A DNA stretch of 64,000 bases from Thermoanaerobaculia bacterium (lineage in GTDB: Bacteria > Acidobacteriota > Thermoanaerobaculia > UBA5066). The position numbers were made by a program, and so were the translations under genes. Numbering within the stretch: the first letter of the stretch is position 1; every line of letters begins with the position of its first letter. The stretch spans positions 128,001 to 192,000 of the forward strand of contig CAWFJJ010000024.1 in the NCBI GenBank assembly GCA_963816185.1, in the 5' to 3' direction. Of this stretch, positions 53,411 through 62,871 are shown piece after piece. The notes beneath the pieces are model-generated. The model had not been told where the DNA came from and did not search any database. It worked only from the letters and a program-made list of their open reading frames with translations.

Positions 53411-53917
53411 GTGCGCGTCGCGATCCTGACGATCTCGGACCGGTCGTACGACGGCGAGCGCGCCGACAAGAGCGGGCCCGCCGTGGCCGAAGGGGTGCAG
53501 CGCCTGCTCACGGGCGCCGTCATCGTGGAGCAGACGATCCTGCCCGACGAGCGCGAGGACATCGCCTGGAATCTCAAGCGCCTCGCGGACACGGGCGCCG
53601 CCGATCTCGTGCTCACGACGGGCGGCACGGGCCTCTCGGCGCGGGACGTCACACCGCAAGCGACGCGCGACATCTTCGATTACGAGGTGCCCGGCCTCGC
53701 GGAAGTCATGCGGGAGGCGACCCGCACGGCCGTACCCACAGCGATCCTGTCGCGGCAGGTCGCGGCCGTGTGCGGGCGGACGCTCATCGTGAACCTTCCG
53801 GGCTCGCCCCGCGGCGCGGTCGAGTGCCTGGAAGCCGTGGCCTCCGTGCTTCCCCACGCCGTGGCGACGCTTCGCGGCGAGGCGGGCGACGCGCATCCCG
53901 GGTCTGCGCGAAGCTGA
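53411..53917 (+). CDS. mog: Molybdopterin adenylyltransferase (MogA/MoaB family)
   Basis: TISDR, DKSGP, TTGGTG..RDVTP, NLPGSP. Confidence 0.88.
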   Translation: MRVAILTISDRSYDGERADKSGPAVAEGVQRLLTGAVIVEQTILPDEREDIAWNLKRLADTGAADLVLTTGGTGLSARDVTPQATRDIFDYEVPGLAEVMREATRTAVPTAILSRQVAAVCGRTLIVNLPGSPRGAVECLEAVASVLPHAVATLRGEAGDAHPGSARS

Positions 53918-53950
53918 CCTCGGCAGGCCGGCCGCTACAATTCATTCCAC

Positions 53951-54850
53951 GTGACCCGGAGGTCCCTGCTCGCTTCGCTTCTTGCGCTTGTCGCGCCGTT
54001 TCGGGCCCTGGCTTCGGCCGCGCGCACGCGGAAGATCCTTCGCCTGAAGACCCATGTGGTCGAAGAAGTCGACCTCGAGGCTTACGTCGCGGCCGTAGTG
54101 CCTCCGGAGATCGGCCGCGCGCCCGCGGCCGCGCTCGAAGCGCAGGCCGTCGCAGCGCGCTCGTACGCCCTCGCGCGGGGAGAGCGCCATCTCGAGGACG
54201 GCGCGGATTTGTGCGACGGAACGCACTGCCAGGTGTTCCACGGGCTCGCCGCCGCTACGGAGGACTCGCGGCGGGCCGCGGCCGCGACCGCAAGGTCTCG
54301 TCCTGACGCAGAAGGGGCGCGTCATCGCGGCTCCTTTTCACGCCGTGTGCGGGGGCCGGACCGCGCGCCCAAGAGATGTCTGGGACGACGAGGACGTCCC
54401 CGAACTCGAGTCCGTCGAGGACGACGCCTGCCTCGGGGCTCCGGGCGCGACCTGGTCGTTCACGATTCGGAGGGCCGCGCTTTCCACGCTCTCTCGGTTT
54501 CGCTCGGGTTCGGGGACGCCCGCTTTCTCGAGGTGTACGGCCAGGACCCGAGCGGACGCGTCTCGATGGTGCGCTTCGCCGCCCGGGGCGGAGCTTCGCG
54601 CGTGGTGCGCGGCTTCGAGTTCCGGAGGGCGGCGTCGGAGCTGTGGGGCTGGGACTCGGTGCGCTCGACGGCGTTCACGCTCGGGGAGACCCGGCCCGCG
54701 TACGTCCTCTCGGGGCGCGGCACGGGGCACGGCGCCGGGATGTGCCAGGCCGGTGCGATCGCGCGAGCGAAGCGAGGCGAAAGTCGGGACGCGATCCTCG
54801 CCCTCTACTACCGGGGAGCCGAGCTGGTCCGGCTAGACTCCGTCGGGTGA
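53951..54850 (+). CDS. SpoIID/LytB domain lytic transglycosylase (indels)
   Basis: LEAYVAAVVPPE, ALEAQAVAARSY, HCQVF, G.GHGAGMCQ, ILALYY. Confidence 0.85.
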   Translation: MTRRSLLASLLALVAPFRALASAARTRKILRLKTHVVEEVDLEAYVAAVVPPEIGRAPAAALEAQAVAARSYALARGERHLEDGADLCDGTHCQVFHGLAAATEDSRRAAAATARSRPDAEGARHRGSFSRRVRGPDRAPKRCLGRRGRPRTRVRRGRRLPRGSGRDLVVHDSEGRAFHALSVSLGFGDARFLEVYGQDPSGRVSMVRFAARGGASRVVRGFEFRRAASELWGWDSVRSTAFTLGETRPAYVLSGRGTGHGAGMCQAGAIARAKRGESRDAILALYYRGAELVRLDSVG

Positions 54851-56056
54851 CGGCGGCCACTCCCTCGACCGGCCTCGACGTCCTGCTGGCGGAAGGCGGG
54901 AGGGCGGCCGAGATTCTTCGAGGGAAGAGGATCGGACTTCTCGCGAATGCCGCCTCCGTGACGGCCGGCTTCGTCCCCGCGCCCCGCGCGCTCCTCGGTG
55001 CGGACTACGACGTGCGCGTCCTCTTCGGGCCCGAGCACGGCTTCTGGGGCGCGGCGCAGGACATGGAAGCGGTCGGGCCGGGAGAACCTTCCCGTCTGCC
55101 CGTTATTTCCCTTTACGGTGAGACGTTCGACGACCTGTCGCCGAAGGGCGAGCAACTCGAAAGCATCGACGCCGTCGTGTGCGATCTGCCCGACGTCGGG
55201 AGCCGCTACTACACGTTCGTGTGGACGACGGCGCTGATGATGAAGTCCTGCGCTGCGCGTGGAATTCCAGTCGTCGTCCTCGACCGGCCGAATCCGCTCG
55301 GCGGAGAGGCCGTCGAGGGCAACCTGCCCGAGAACAAGCTGCTCTCCTTCGTCGGTTTGTATCCGGTGCCGGTGCGCCATGGAATGACTCCGGGGGAGAT
55401 CGCGCGCTTCGTGAACGCCGAGCACGGCCTTCGCTGCGACCTCACGGTCGTGCCGATGAAGAGCGGCAAGAGGGTCGCGTCGCGCACGGAGATCGGGGAG
55501 ACGCGGCCCTGGGTGCTGCCGTCCCCGAACATGCCGGCACCCGAAACCGCATGGGTCTATCCCGGCGCCTGCCTCGTCGAGGGCACGAATCTCTCGGAAG
55601 GGCGGGGCACGACGCGCCCCTTCGAGCTCGTCGGGGCGCCGTGGCTTTCCGCCGACGACGCGGCGGATGCGGCGAACGCGCTCGGCCTGTCGGGCGTCGT
55701 CTTCCGGCCTCACGTCTTCAGGCCCACGTTCCAGAAGCACGCCGGAAAGACTTGCGGCGGCGTACAGGCGCACGTGACGGACCGCAGCGCGTTCCGGCCC
55801 TTCGAGGCGTATCTGCGCCTTCTGAAAGCCCTTTACGATCTCGATCCGGACCGCTTTCGCTGGCGGACGGAGACGTACGAATACCGCGACGACGTCCCGG
55901 CGATCGATCTCCTGACGGGCACCGCGACGTTCCGGCGCCTCGTGAGCGAAGGGGCGAGCCTGGACCCCTGGATCGGAAGCTTTCAGGCCGACGATCGCGC
56001 GATTCGCTCGGCAATGCGCGACCGCAGCCTGCTCTATCCCTTCGAAGAAATTCCCC
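54847..56056 (+). CDS. DUF1343 exo-beta-N-acetylmuramidase NamZ-like (possibly fused to MobB)
   Basis: LFGPEHG, SLYG, DVGSRYYTF, DRPNP, RHGMT.GE, SPNMP, SEGRGTTRPFE. Confidence 0.88.
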
Positions 56057-56613
56057 GGTCGTCCTCCTCGTCACCGGCGCCCACGAATCCGGCAAGACGA
56101 CGGTCGCCGTGAAGCTCATCGAGGCGTTCGTGAAGGCCGGGCTCGAGTGTGGGCTCCCTCAAGCACACGGACCACGAGTACGAGACGGACGCCCCCGGCA
56201 AGGACTCGCAGCGCCACAAGGCGGCGGGCGCCGAACCCGCGGTCCTCGTCGCCGGGCGGAGAAGCGCGGTGCATCGCGGGCCATCGGAGACTTCTGCTTC
56301 GGACCCGGGTGCGGGCGCCGGCGAGGCTCGCGAGAGACCAGCTCTGTCCGTTTTCTTAGAAGGGGAATATGGGCTTGGCTCGTGTGACATCGTCGTCGTC
56401 GAGGGGTTCCGAAGCGAGGCGTATCCGAAGATCGAAGTCTGCCGCGCGGCCACTGGCCGCGCGGCACTCTGCGAGAACGATCCAAACGTCGTCGCCGTCG
56501 TGACCGACCGGCCGACGAATCACCCTTCTTCCATTCCCCGATTCACTTTCGAAGAAATCCCCGGTTCCCTTCTTCCCTTTCTAAGAAGATCTTCAATTCT
56601 CTTTTCTCTCTAA
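56057..56613 (+). CDS. mobB: Molybdopterin-guanine dinucleotide biosynthesis MobB domain (no start codon of its own; indels)
   Basis: GAHESGKTT, KHTDH, GKDS.RH, DIVVVEGF..PKIEV. Confidence 0.8.
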
Positions 56614-56656
56614 GAAATCCCCGGTCTTCTCCTCTTTCTAGGACAATCCCGGTTGT

Positions 56657-57610
56657 ATGAAAGCCATCCTCGTCCCCAAGCCCGGCGGACCCGAGGCGCT
56701 CGTCTGGGGTGAGACGCCCGATCCGGTGCCCGGCCCCGGCGAGGTCGTCGTGCGCGTGCGCGCGACAGCCGTAAACCGCGCGGACCTCCTGCAATCACAG
56801 GGCAAGTACCCACCGCCGCCGGGCGCGCCGGAGATCCTCGGGCTCGAGGCGGCCGGTGAGGTGGAGGGGACCGGAGAGCGCGTCTTCTTCCTGCTCGCCG
56901 GAGGCGGCTACGCCGAGAAAGTGGCGGTGCCGCGCGGCATGCTCATGCCGATTCCGCGCTCGCTCTCGTTCGCGGACGCAGCCGCGATTCCCGAGGCCTG
57001 GTTCACCGCGTACCTGAATCTGTTTCAGGAAGGCGGCCTCAGGGCGGGAGAGCGCGTTCTCGTCCACGCGGCCGGTTCGGGCGTCGGGACGGCCGCGATC
57101 CAGCTCGCGAGGCGCGCGGGCGCCTCCGTCGTCGCGACGGCGCGCAGCGCGAAGAAGTGTGTCGCGCTCGTGGCCCTCGGGGCGGACCTCGCCGTCGACA
57201 CGTCTCGCGAGGAGTTCCTGAGCCGCATCGAGCAGACCTTCGGCAAGGAGTCGGTGGACCTCATCCTCGATCCCGTGGGCGGCCCTCTCTTCGCGCCGAA
57301 CCTCAAGGCGCTCCGCCGCGGAGGACGGATCGTTCTCATCGCGAGCATGGCCGGGCCCTCGGCGCAGATCGACCTGCGGATCGTGCTCGTCAAGCGCTTG
57401 CGCATCATCGGATCGACCCTCCGAAGCCGGCCGGTCGCCGAGAAGATCGAGCTCACCGCCGGGTTCGTGAGAGACGTCCTGCCCGGCTTCGCGGACGGCT
57501 CGCTCCTCCCGGTCGTGGACCGGAGCTTCCCGCTGTCCGCGGCCGCCGAGGCCCACCGCCGCATGGCCGCGAACGAGAACGTGGGCAAGATCGTGCTCCT
57601 CGCGGACTGA
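56657..57610 (+). CDS. NAD(P)H-quinone oxidoreductase (PIG3 family)
   Basis: VNRADLLQ..YPPP, GLEAAG, HAAGSGVGTAAIQ, GSTLRSR. Confidence 0.9.
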   Translation: MKAILVPKPGGPEALVWGETPDPVPGPGEVVVRVRATAVNRADLLQSQGKYPPPPGAPEILGLEAAGEVEGTGERVFFLLAGGGYAEKVAVPRGMLMPIPRSLSFADAAAIPEAWFTAYLNLFQEGGLRAGERVLVHAAGSGVGTAAIQLARRAGASVVATARSAKKCVALVALGADLAVDTSREEFLSRIEQTFGKESVDLILDPVGGPLFAPNLKALRRGGRIVLIASMAGPSAQIDLRIVLVKRLRIIGSTLRSRPVAEKIELTAGFVRDVLPGFADGSLLPVVDRSFPLSAAAEAHRRMAANENVGKIVLLAD

Positions 57611-57613
57611 GAC

Positions 57614-58273
57614 GTGGCGCCGCTTCCGTCCCATCCGCGCGCGGTCATCTTCGACCTCGACGGCACGCTCGTCGACGCCTACGCGGCGATCCACGAGTCG
57701 CTCGGCGTCGTCCTCGACGCGTTCGGCCGCCCGCCCATTTCGCGCGACGAGACGCGCCGGATGGTCGGCCACGGCCTCGAGGTGCTCGTCGCGAAGGCGG
57801 TGGGGAAGGAGAACGTCGCCGAAGGCGTGCGGCTCTTCCGCGAGCGCTACGAGAGGGTCGGGCTCGAGTCCACGAGGCTTCTGCCGGGTGCCGACCTCGT
57901 CACGCGGCGGCTGTTCGAGGGCGGCGTCCACCTCGCGATCGCCTCCAACAAGCCGGGCCGCTTCACGCGGCCGCTTCTCGAGTGGCTCGGGCTCGCGAGC
58001 CGCTTCGGGTTCGTCGCGGGGCCCGACGACGGTTTTCCGCCGAAACCCGCGCCGCACATGGTCCTCATGGCGCTGGCCCATCTCGCCATCCCGGGGCGCG
58101 ACGCGGTGTTCGTGGGGGACATGCCGATCGACGTCGCGACCGCACGGGCGGCCGAACTTCCCATCATCGCACTTCCGAGCGGCAGCGCGACCCGAAAAGA
58201 GCTCGAAGCCTGCTCTCCGGACGCGATCGTCGAAAACCTCGAGGATCTTCTGCCTCTCCTTCTGGCCTCGTAG
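57614..58273 (+). CDS. HAD hydrolase (phosphoglycolate phosphatase-like)
   Basis: FDLDGTLVD, SNK, KPAP, VGD..D. Confidence 0.88.
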   Translation: MAPLPSHPRAVIFDLDGTLVDAYAAIHESLGVVLDAFGRPPISRDETRRMVGHGLEVLVAKAVGKENVAEGVRLFRERYERVGLESTRLLPGADLVTRRLFEGGVHLAIASNKPGRFTRPLLEWLGLASRFGFVAGPDDGFPPKPAPHMVLMALAHLAIPGRDAVFVGDMPIDVATARAAELPIIALPSGSATRKELEACSPDAIVENLEDLLPLLLAS

Positions 58274-58283
58274 AATCCCGAAC

Positions 58284-59411
58284 ATGACAAACTTCGATTC
58301 GACCGCCGGCTCTCCCGGCCAGGTGCGCTTCTTCAACCCCGGCCCCGTCTGGGTGAGGCCGCAGGTGATGCACGCGCTGACCGGCCCCATGCTCTCCCAC
58401 CGCTCACAGGCCTTCATGGACCTTTACGGACGCATCCTCGAGAAGCTTCCGAAGGTCTTCCGAACGGCGCGCACGGCCCACACCCTCGCGACCTCGGCGA
58501 CCGGCGTCTGGGAATCGGCGCTCGTCTCCTGCGTCGAGGGCCCCGTTCTCGCGCTTTCCAACGGAGCCTTCTCCGGAAAATGGGGCGAAATGGCTACGCG
58601 CCTCGGCCTCGAGGCCGACGTTCTGAAGTTCGAGTGGGGCGAGTCCGTCAAGCCCGACGCCGTGAAGAAGAAGCTCGCGGAGAAGAAATACGCCGCGGTA
58701 ACCGTCGTTCACAGCGAGACCTCCACGGGCGTGATCTCGGACCTCGCCGCGATCGCGAAGGTCGTCCACGAGAACTCCGACGCTCTCCTCTTCGCCGACG
58801 CCGTGACGTCCGTCGCCGGAACGCGCGTCGAGACCGATGAGTGGGGTCTCGACGTCGTCCTCACGGGCTCGCAGAAAGCCTTCGCGCTTCCGCCCGGGCT
58901 CGCGCTCTTCGCCGTTTCCGAGCGTGCGATGGCGGCGGCGAAGAAGAAGAAATTCCGCGGGCTGTATCTCGACCTCGTGGACATCGAGGCGTACGCGGCC
59001 AAGAAACAGACACCGACGACGCCATGCCTGCCGCTCCTCTACGCCCTCGACGTTCAGCTCGACCACATCCTCACCGAGGGGATCGAGAACCGGTGGGCGC
59101 GGCACGGCGCGATGCGAAAAGCCGTCGAGGATTGGGCGGCGAAGAACGGTTTCCGCGTCTTCGCGGAGGCGGGCGCGCATTCGCCCACCGTCACGTCGCT
59201 CATCCCGCCGGAGGGTGTCAATCCGGAAGAGCTGAACAAGACGCTCCGGGGCATGAAGTGGACCACGGGCTCCGGCTACGGAAAACTGAAGCCGACGAAC
59301 GTGCGCATCGGCCACATGGGCGACGTGGACGTCGCCTCCGTGGAGGCCTACCTGAAGGCTCACGAGGAGGCCATGGCCTCCATGCGGTCGAAGGCGGGCA
59401 GCGCTGCGTGA
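58284..59411 (+). CDS. Class V PLP aminotransferase (serine-pyruvate/phosphoserine aminotransferase-like)
   Basis: PGP, HSETSTG, DAVTS, GSQKAFALPPG, RIGHMG; adjacent to serA. Confidence 0.88.
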   Translation: MTNFDSTAGSPGQVRFFNPGPVWVRPQVMHALTGPMLSHRSQAFMDLYGRILEKLPKVFRTARTAHTLATSATGVWESALVSCVEGPVLALSNGAFSGKWGEMATRLGLEADVLKFEWGESVKPDAVKKKLAEKKYAAVTVVHSETSTGVISDLAAIAKVVHENSDALLFADAVTSVAGTRVETDEWGLDVVLTGSQKAFALPPGLALFAVSERAMAAAKKKKFRGLYLDLVDIEAYAAKKQTPTTPCLPLLYALDVQLDHILTEGIENRWARHGAMRKAVEDWAAKNGFRVFAEAGAHSPTVTSLIPPEGVNPEELNKTLRGMKWTTGSGYGKLKPTNVRIGHMGDVDVASVEAYLKAHEEAMASMRSKAGSAA

Positions 59412-60985
59412 CGGGTCAGCGCGTTCTCATCGCCGAGCCGCTTTCGAAGACGGGTCTTGCCGTCCTTGCGAAGGAAGGACTTGCCGCGGACGTCCGCACC
59501 GATCTCTCCCGTGACGCTCTTCTCGCCGCGATCGGCGACTACGACGCCCTCGTCGTGCGCTCGGCCACGCAGGTGGACCGCGAGCTCCTGACCGCCGGAA
59601 AGAAGCTCCGCGTCGTCGGCCGGGCGGGAGTCGGCCTCGACAACGTCGACGTCAAGGCCGCCACCGAGCTCGGCGTCCTCGTCGTCAACGCTCCGTCCGG
59701 GAACGTCGTCTCCGCGGCGGAGCATGCGATCGCCCTCCTTCTCGCGTTCCTGCGCAAGATTCCGGAGGCACAGACTTCGCTGAAAGGCGGGGAATGGAAG
59801 CGCACGAAGTTCGTCGGAACGGAGCTGCAGGGCAAAACGGTCGGCCTCGTGGGCCTCGGACAGGTGGGGGCCCGCGTGGCCGCGCGTCTGCGCCCCTGGC
59901 ACGTCACGCTCCTCGCGTTCGACCCGTACGTGACGCCGGAGCGCACCGCCGAGCTCGGCGTGACGCGCGTCTCGCTGGACGAGCTGCTCGCGAGGTCCGA
60001 CGTCGTTTCGCTTCACGCCCCGGGCGGCTCGGAGACGAAGCACCTCATCGGAGAGAGGCAGCTCGCGGCGATGAAGCCGGGCGCGATCCTCGTGAACTGC
60101 GCGCGCGGCCCTCTCGTGGACGAGGCGGCGCTCGTCAGCGCGCTCGACTCCGGGCACCTCGCGGGCGCGGCTCTCGACGTCTTCTCCGTGGAGCCGCCGA
60201 AGGATTTCTCTCTCATGAAGCACCCGAGAGTGCTTTGCACGCCGCATCTCGGCGCGTCCACCGTCGAAGCGCAGGACCGGGTTGCGGTCGAGACGGTCGA
60301 GATGCTCGCCGAGGCCTTGAAAGGCTCGCCGTTCGTCGCAGCGGTGAACCTGCCGTTTCCCGCCGGGGGCGACCCGCACGCGGCGCTTCCCTGGATGCGT
60401 CTCGCCGAGACGGTCGGCGCTTTCGTGGGGCAGTCGATGCCCGAGGCGCCGAAGCACCTCACCGTCACGCTCGCGGGGATTCCCGAGGCGATCCGAAAAG
60501 CGTGCGTCGTCGCCGCCGTGAAGGGCGTCGTCTCGACGTTCGCCGAAGGCGTCAATATCGTGAACGCGGTCTCGCTCGCGAAGCTGAACGGAATCTCGGT
60601 CTCGGACTCGGTGCGCGAGGATGCGGGAGGCTACGCGAGTCTCGTCAGCGTCGCCGCGGGCGACCGGAGCGCGTCGGGAACGCTCTTCGGCGACGGGCCC
60701 GGGCGGATCGTGGCCGTCAACGGCCTCGCTCTCGAGTTCTCGCCCGAGGGGACGCTCCTCGTGATCGCGAACCGGGACGTGCCGGGGGTCGTCGGGCGCA
60801 TCGGAACGCTGCTCGGGTCGCGCGGGGTCAACATCTCGGATCTCGCTCTCGCCCGGGGGCGGGATGGCCGGGCGGCCGCCGTCGTCCGCATCGACTCGCC
60901 GGACGGCGCGATCGGACAGGATCTCGTCCGGGCGGTCTCGACGCTCGACGGCATCGATTCGGCGCGGCTCGTGACGCTCGGGTGA
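59408..60985 (+). CDS. serA: D-3-phosphoglycerate dehydrogenase
   Basis: RAGVGLDNVD, GLGQVG, NCARG, TPHLGAST.EAQ, C-terminal ACT domain. Confidence 0.93.
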   Translation: MTGQRVLIAEPLSKTGLAVLAKEGLAADVRTDLSRDALLAAIGDYDALVVRSATQVDRELLTAGKKLRVVGRAGVGLDNVDVKAATELGVLVVNAPSGNVVSAAEHAIALLLAFLRKIPEAQTSLKGGEWKRTKFVGTELQGKTVGLVGLGQVGARVAARLRPWHVTLLAFDPYVTPERTAELGVTRVSLDELLARSDVVSLHAPGGSETKHLIGERQLAAMKPGAILVNCARGPLVDEAALVSALDSGHLAGAALDVFSVEPPKDFSLMKHPRVLCTPHLGASTVEAQDRVAVETVEMLAEALKGSPFVAAVNLPFPAGGDPHAALPWMRLAETVGAFVGQSMPEAPKHLTVTLAGIPEAIRKACVVAAVKGVVSTFAEGVNIVNAVSLAKLNGISVSDSVREDAGGYASLVSVAAGDRSASGTLFGDGPGRIVAVNGLALEFSPEGTLLVIANRDVPGVVGRIGTLLGSRGVNISDLALARGRDGRAAAVVRIDSPDGAIGQDLVRAVSTLDGIDSARLVTLG

Positions 60986-60989
60986 GCGC

Positions 60990-62111
60990 ATGAGCTCGGC
61001 GCCCCGCGTCCGCGTGCGCCGGCGAGTCGGCGTCGTCTTCGGCGGCCCGTCTCGCGAGCACGGCGTGTCGTTCGTTTCGGCGGCATGCCTTCTCGAGAAC
61101 CTTCCCAAGAAGACGTACGAGGCGATTCCGCTCTTCGTCGGGAAGGATGCGGTCTGGCACGGGCCGTCCGCCTCGAAGGCCGAGCTCGAACGACAGCTCT
61201 CACGTCCCTCGAAGGAGCTGCTCCTCGACGGCATCAAGCCGGGCCACCGGGCGGCTCGCACGCCGGAGATCGTGGATTCGTTCTTCAGCGCCTGGCACGC
61301 GGCGGGGGCGGAGGTTCTCTTTCCGATCGTGCACGGGACGTTCGGCGAGGACGGAGTCCTGCAGGGCCTGCTTGAGTCGCTCGGGATCCCATACGTGGGC
61401 TTCGGCGTCGCGGCCTCGGCCGTGGGCATGGACAAGATTTTCATGAAGGCCGCCTATGCCGCGGCCGGGCTGCCTCAAGTGCAGTACGTCGCCTTCTCTC
61501 GCGCCGAGTGGACGTCGGACCATAGCCAGGCGTCGATCGTCGATCGCGCAAGCCACCTGGGATTCCCGCTCTTCGTCAAGCCGGCGTGCGCGGGCTCGTC
61601 GGTGGGCGTCTCGAAAGTCAAATCCGAAGCCGGGTTCGAATCCGCTGTCGAGGACGCGCTCCTCGTGGACGGGCGCGTTCTGGCGGAGAGGGGAGTGGAT
61701 GCCCGCGAGATCGAATGCTCTGTCCTCGAAGGCGAGCCGGGCCGGCCGACGGAAGCCTCCCTTCCGGGGGAGATCGTGCCGGGCCGCGAGTTCTACGATT
61801 ACGAAGACAAGTACATCGGCACGCTCTCGCGCTCGATCATCCCGGCCGACCTGCCCGTGTCCTTCCGGGAAGAGGTCCGAGGCCTCGCGGTCCGCGCGTT
61901 CGACGTCCTCGGCGGCGCCGGCTTCGCGCGCGTGGACTTCTTCCTCGAGCGCGGCACGCACCGGCTCCTCGTGAACGAGATCAACTCCCTGCCGGGCTTC
62001 ACGCCCATCTCGATGTTTCCGAAAATGTGGGAAGCCACGGGGCTGCCGCTGCCCAAGCTCCTCGACCGTCTCGTCAAGAGCGCGTTCCAACGGCCGGTAC
62101 GCGGGCGCTGA
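60990..62111 (+). CDS. ddl: D-alanine--D-alanine ligase
   Basis: GGPSREH, HGTFGEDG, FVKP..GSSVG, FYDYEDKY, NEINSLPGFT. Confidence 0.94.
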   Translation: MSSAPRVRVRRRVGVVFGGPSREHGVSFVSAACLLENLPKKTYEAIPLFVGKDAVWHGPSASKAELERQLSRPSKELLLDGIKPGHRAARTPEIVDSFFSAWHAAGAEVLFPIVHGTFGEDGVLQGLLESLGIPYVGFGVAASAVGMDKIFMKAAYAAAGLPQVQYVAFSRAEWTSDHSQASIVDRASHLGFPLFVKPACAGSSVGVSKVKSEAGFESAVEDALLVDGRVLAERGVDAREIECSVLEGEPGRPTEASLPGEIVPGREFYDYEDKYIGTLSRSIIPADLPVSFREEVRGLAVRAFDVLGGAGFARVDFFLERGTHRLLVNEINSLPGFTPISMFPKMWEATGLPLPKLLDRLVKSAFQRPVRGR

Positions 62112-62139
62112 CGACCACCAGGCGGGTCGGGCCCTGACC

Positions 62140-62871
62140 TTACCGATAGATGACGATGACTCCCGCGAGGCCCATCTCGCCGAGGGACTCACGAGCAGCT
62201 TCGGCCTCTTCGCGCGTCTTGTAAGGGCCGAACTTCACCCGCTTGAGCCCGCGATATTCCTCGATGTACGGGTTCGGGTAGCGCGCGGCGAGGCGGTTGC
62301 GAAGGCGGACCGCGTTCGCCTCGTCGCCGAACGCGCCGGCCTGGACGGCGAACGCGCCGACCTGCGCGTCGAACGCCCCTGACTCTGGACGGATTGCCGT
62401 ATTCGCGGCGGTCACGGGCGGCGGTTCGTCGGAGCCAGCCCGGACGCGGAAGTTGTCGCCGAGAGTCACGACGCGCAGCGTGATGGGTACGACGCCGTCT
62501 CCGACGGAGGCGATCTCCCGGGCGGCCGCCTTCGAGAGATCCAGGATGCGCCCCGCGACGAACGGCCCGCGGTCGTTGATCCTCACGCGGACGGTCTTCC
62601 CGTTCTTCTCGTTCGTCACGTCCACGACCGTGCCCAAAGGCAGCGTCCGGTGGGCGGCGGAGATCTTCTCGGGCCGGAACGTCTCGCCCGAGGCCGTCGG
62701 CAGCCCGTCGAACTCCTTCCCGTACCACGACGCGTAGCCGCGCTCGGAAGCGGGGAAGGTGACGGAAACGGGTGGCGCAGTTGCCTTCGGAGCGGACGAG
62801 CACGCAAGGATGGAGAGTCCGAAGAGGACGAGAGAGATTTCTTTGAAAGGAAATGGGGCGGGATGCTTCAG
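62140..62871 (-). CDS. rlpA: Septal ring lytic transglycosylase RlpA (lipoprotein, SPOR domain)
   Basis: ILAC lipobox, GYASWYG, TASGE, AAHRTLP, RINDRGPF, VQAGAF. Confidence 0.9.
   Translation of the reverse strand: MKHPAPFPFKEISLVLFGLSILACSSAPKATAPPVSVTFPASERGYASWYGKEFDGLPTASGETFRPEKISAAHRTLPLGTVVDVTNEKNGKTVRVRINDRGPFVAGRILDLSKAAAREIASVGDGVVPITLRVVTLGDNFRVRAGSDEPPPVTAANTAIRPESGAFDAQVGAFAVQAGAFGDEANAVRLRNRLAARYPNPYIEEYRGLKRVKFGPYKTREEAEAARESLGEMGLAGVIVIYR

Larger units (their letters stand above)
1876..62853. repeat. Dispersed ~20-bp AT-rich motif family (about TTCACCTTC[T/G/A]AAGAAAATCY) in oriented clusters
   Basis: TTCACCTTCTAAGAAAA is exact at 1877-1893(-), 6083-6099(+) and 9070-9086(+); about 30 variants counted by eye near 2.0, 6.1, 9.1, 15.3, 24.0, 30.3, 37.9, 38.9, 50.5-51.2, 56.0-56.6 and 62.8 kb. 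Confidence 0.85.

Noticed and set aside
19700-56200. Dense frameshifts suggesting mass pseudogenisation or programmed frameshifting
   Set aside because: They hit normally essential or core genes (dxs, pyrE, ribBA, cysK), are single-base indels often in homopolymers, and peak in one block (22-38 kb). This is typical of low-coverage long-read errors.
56350-56561. Inverted motif pairs as terminal inverted repeats of a MITE
   Set aside because: The enclosed sequence here is conserved MobB coding DNA, and it differs between clusters, so the pairs do not delimit a mobile unit.
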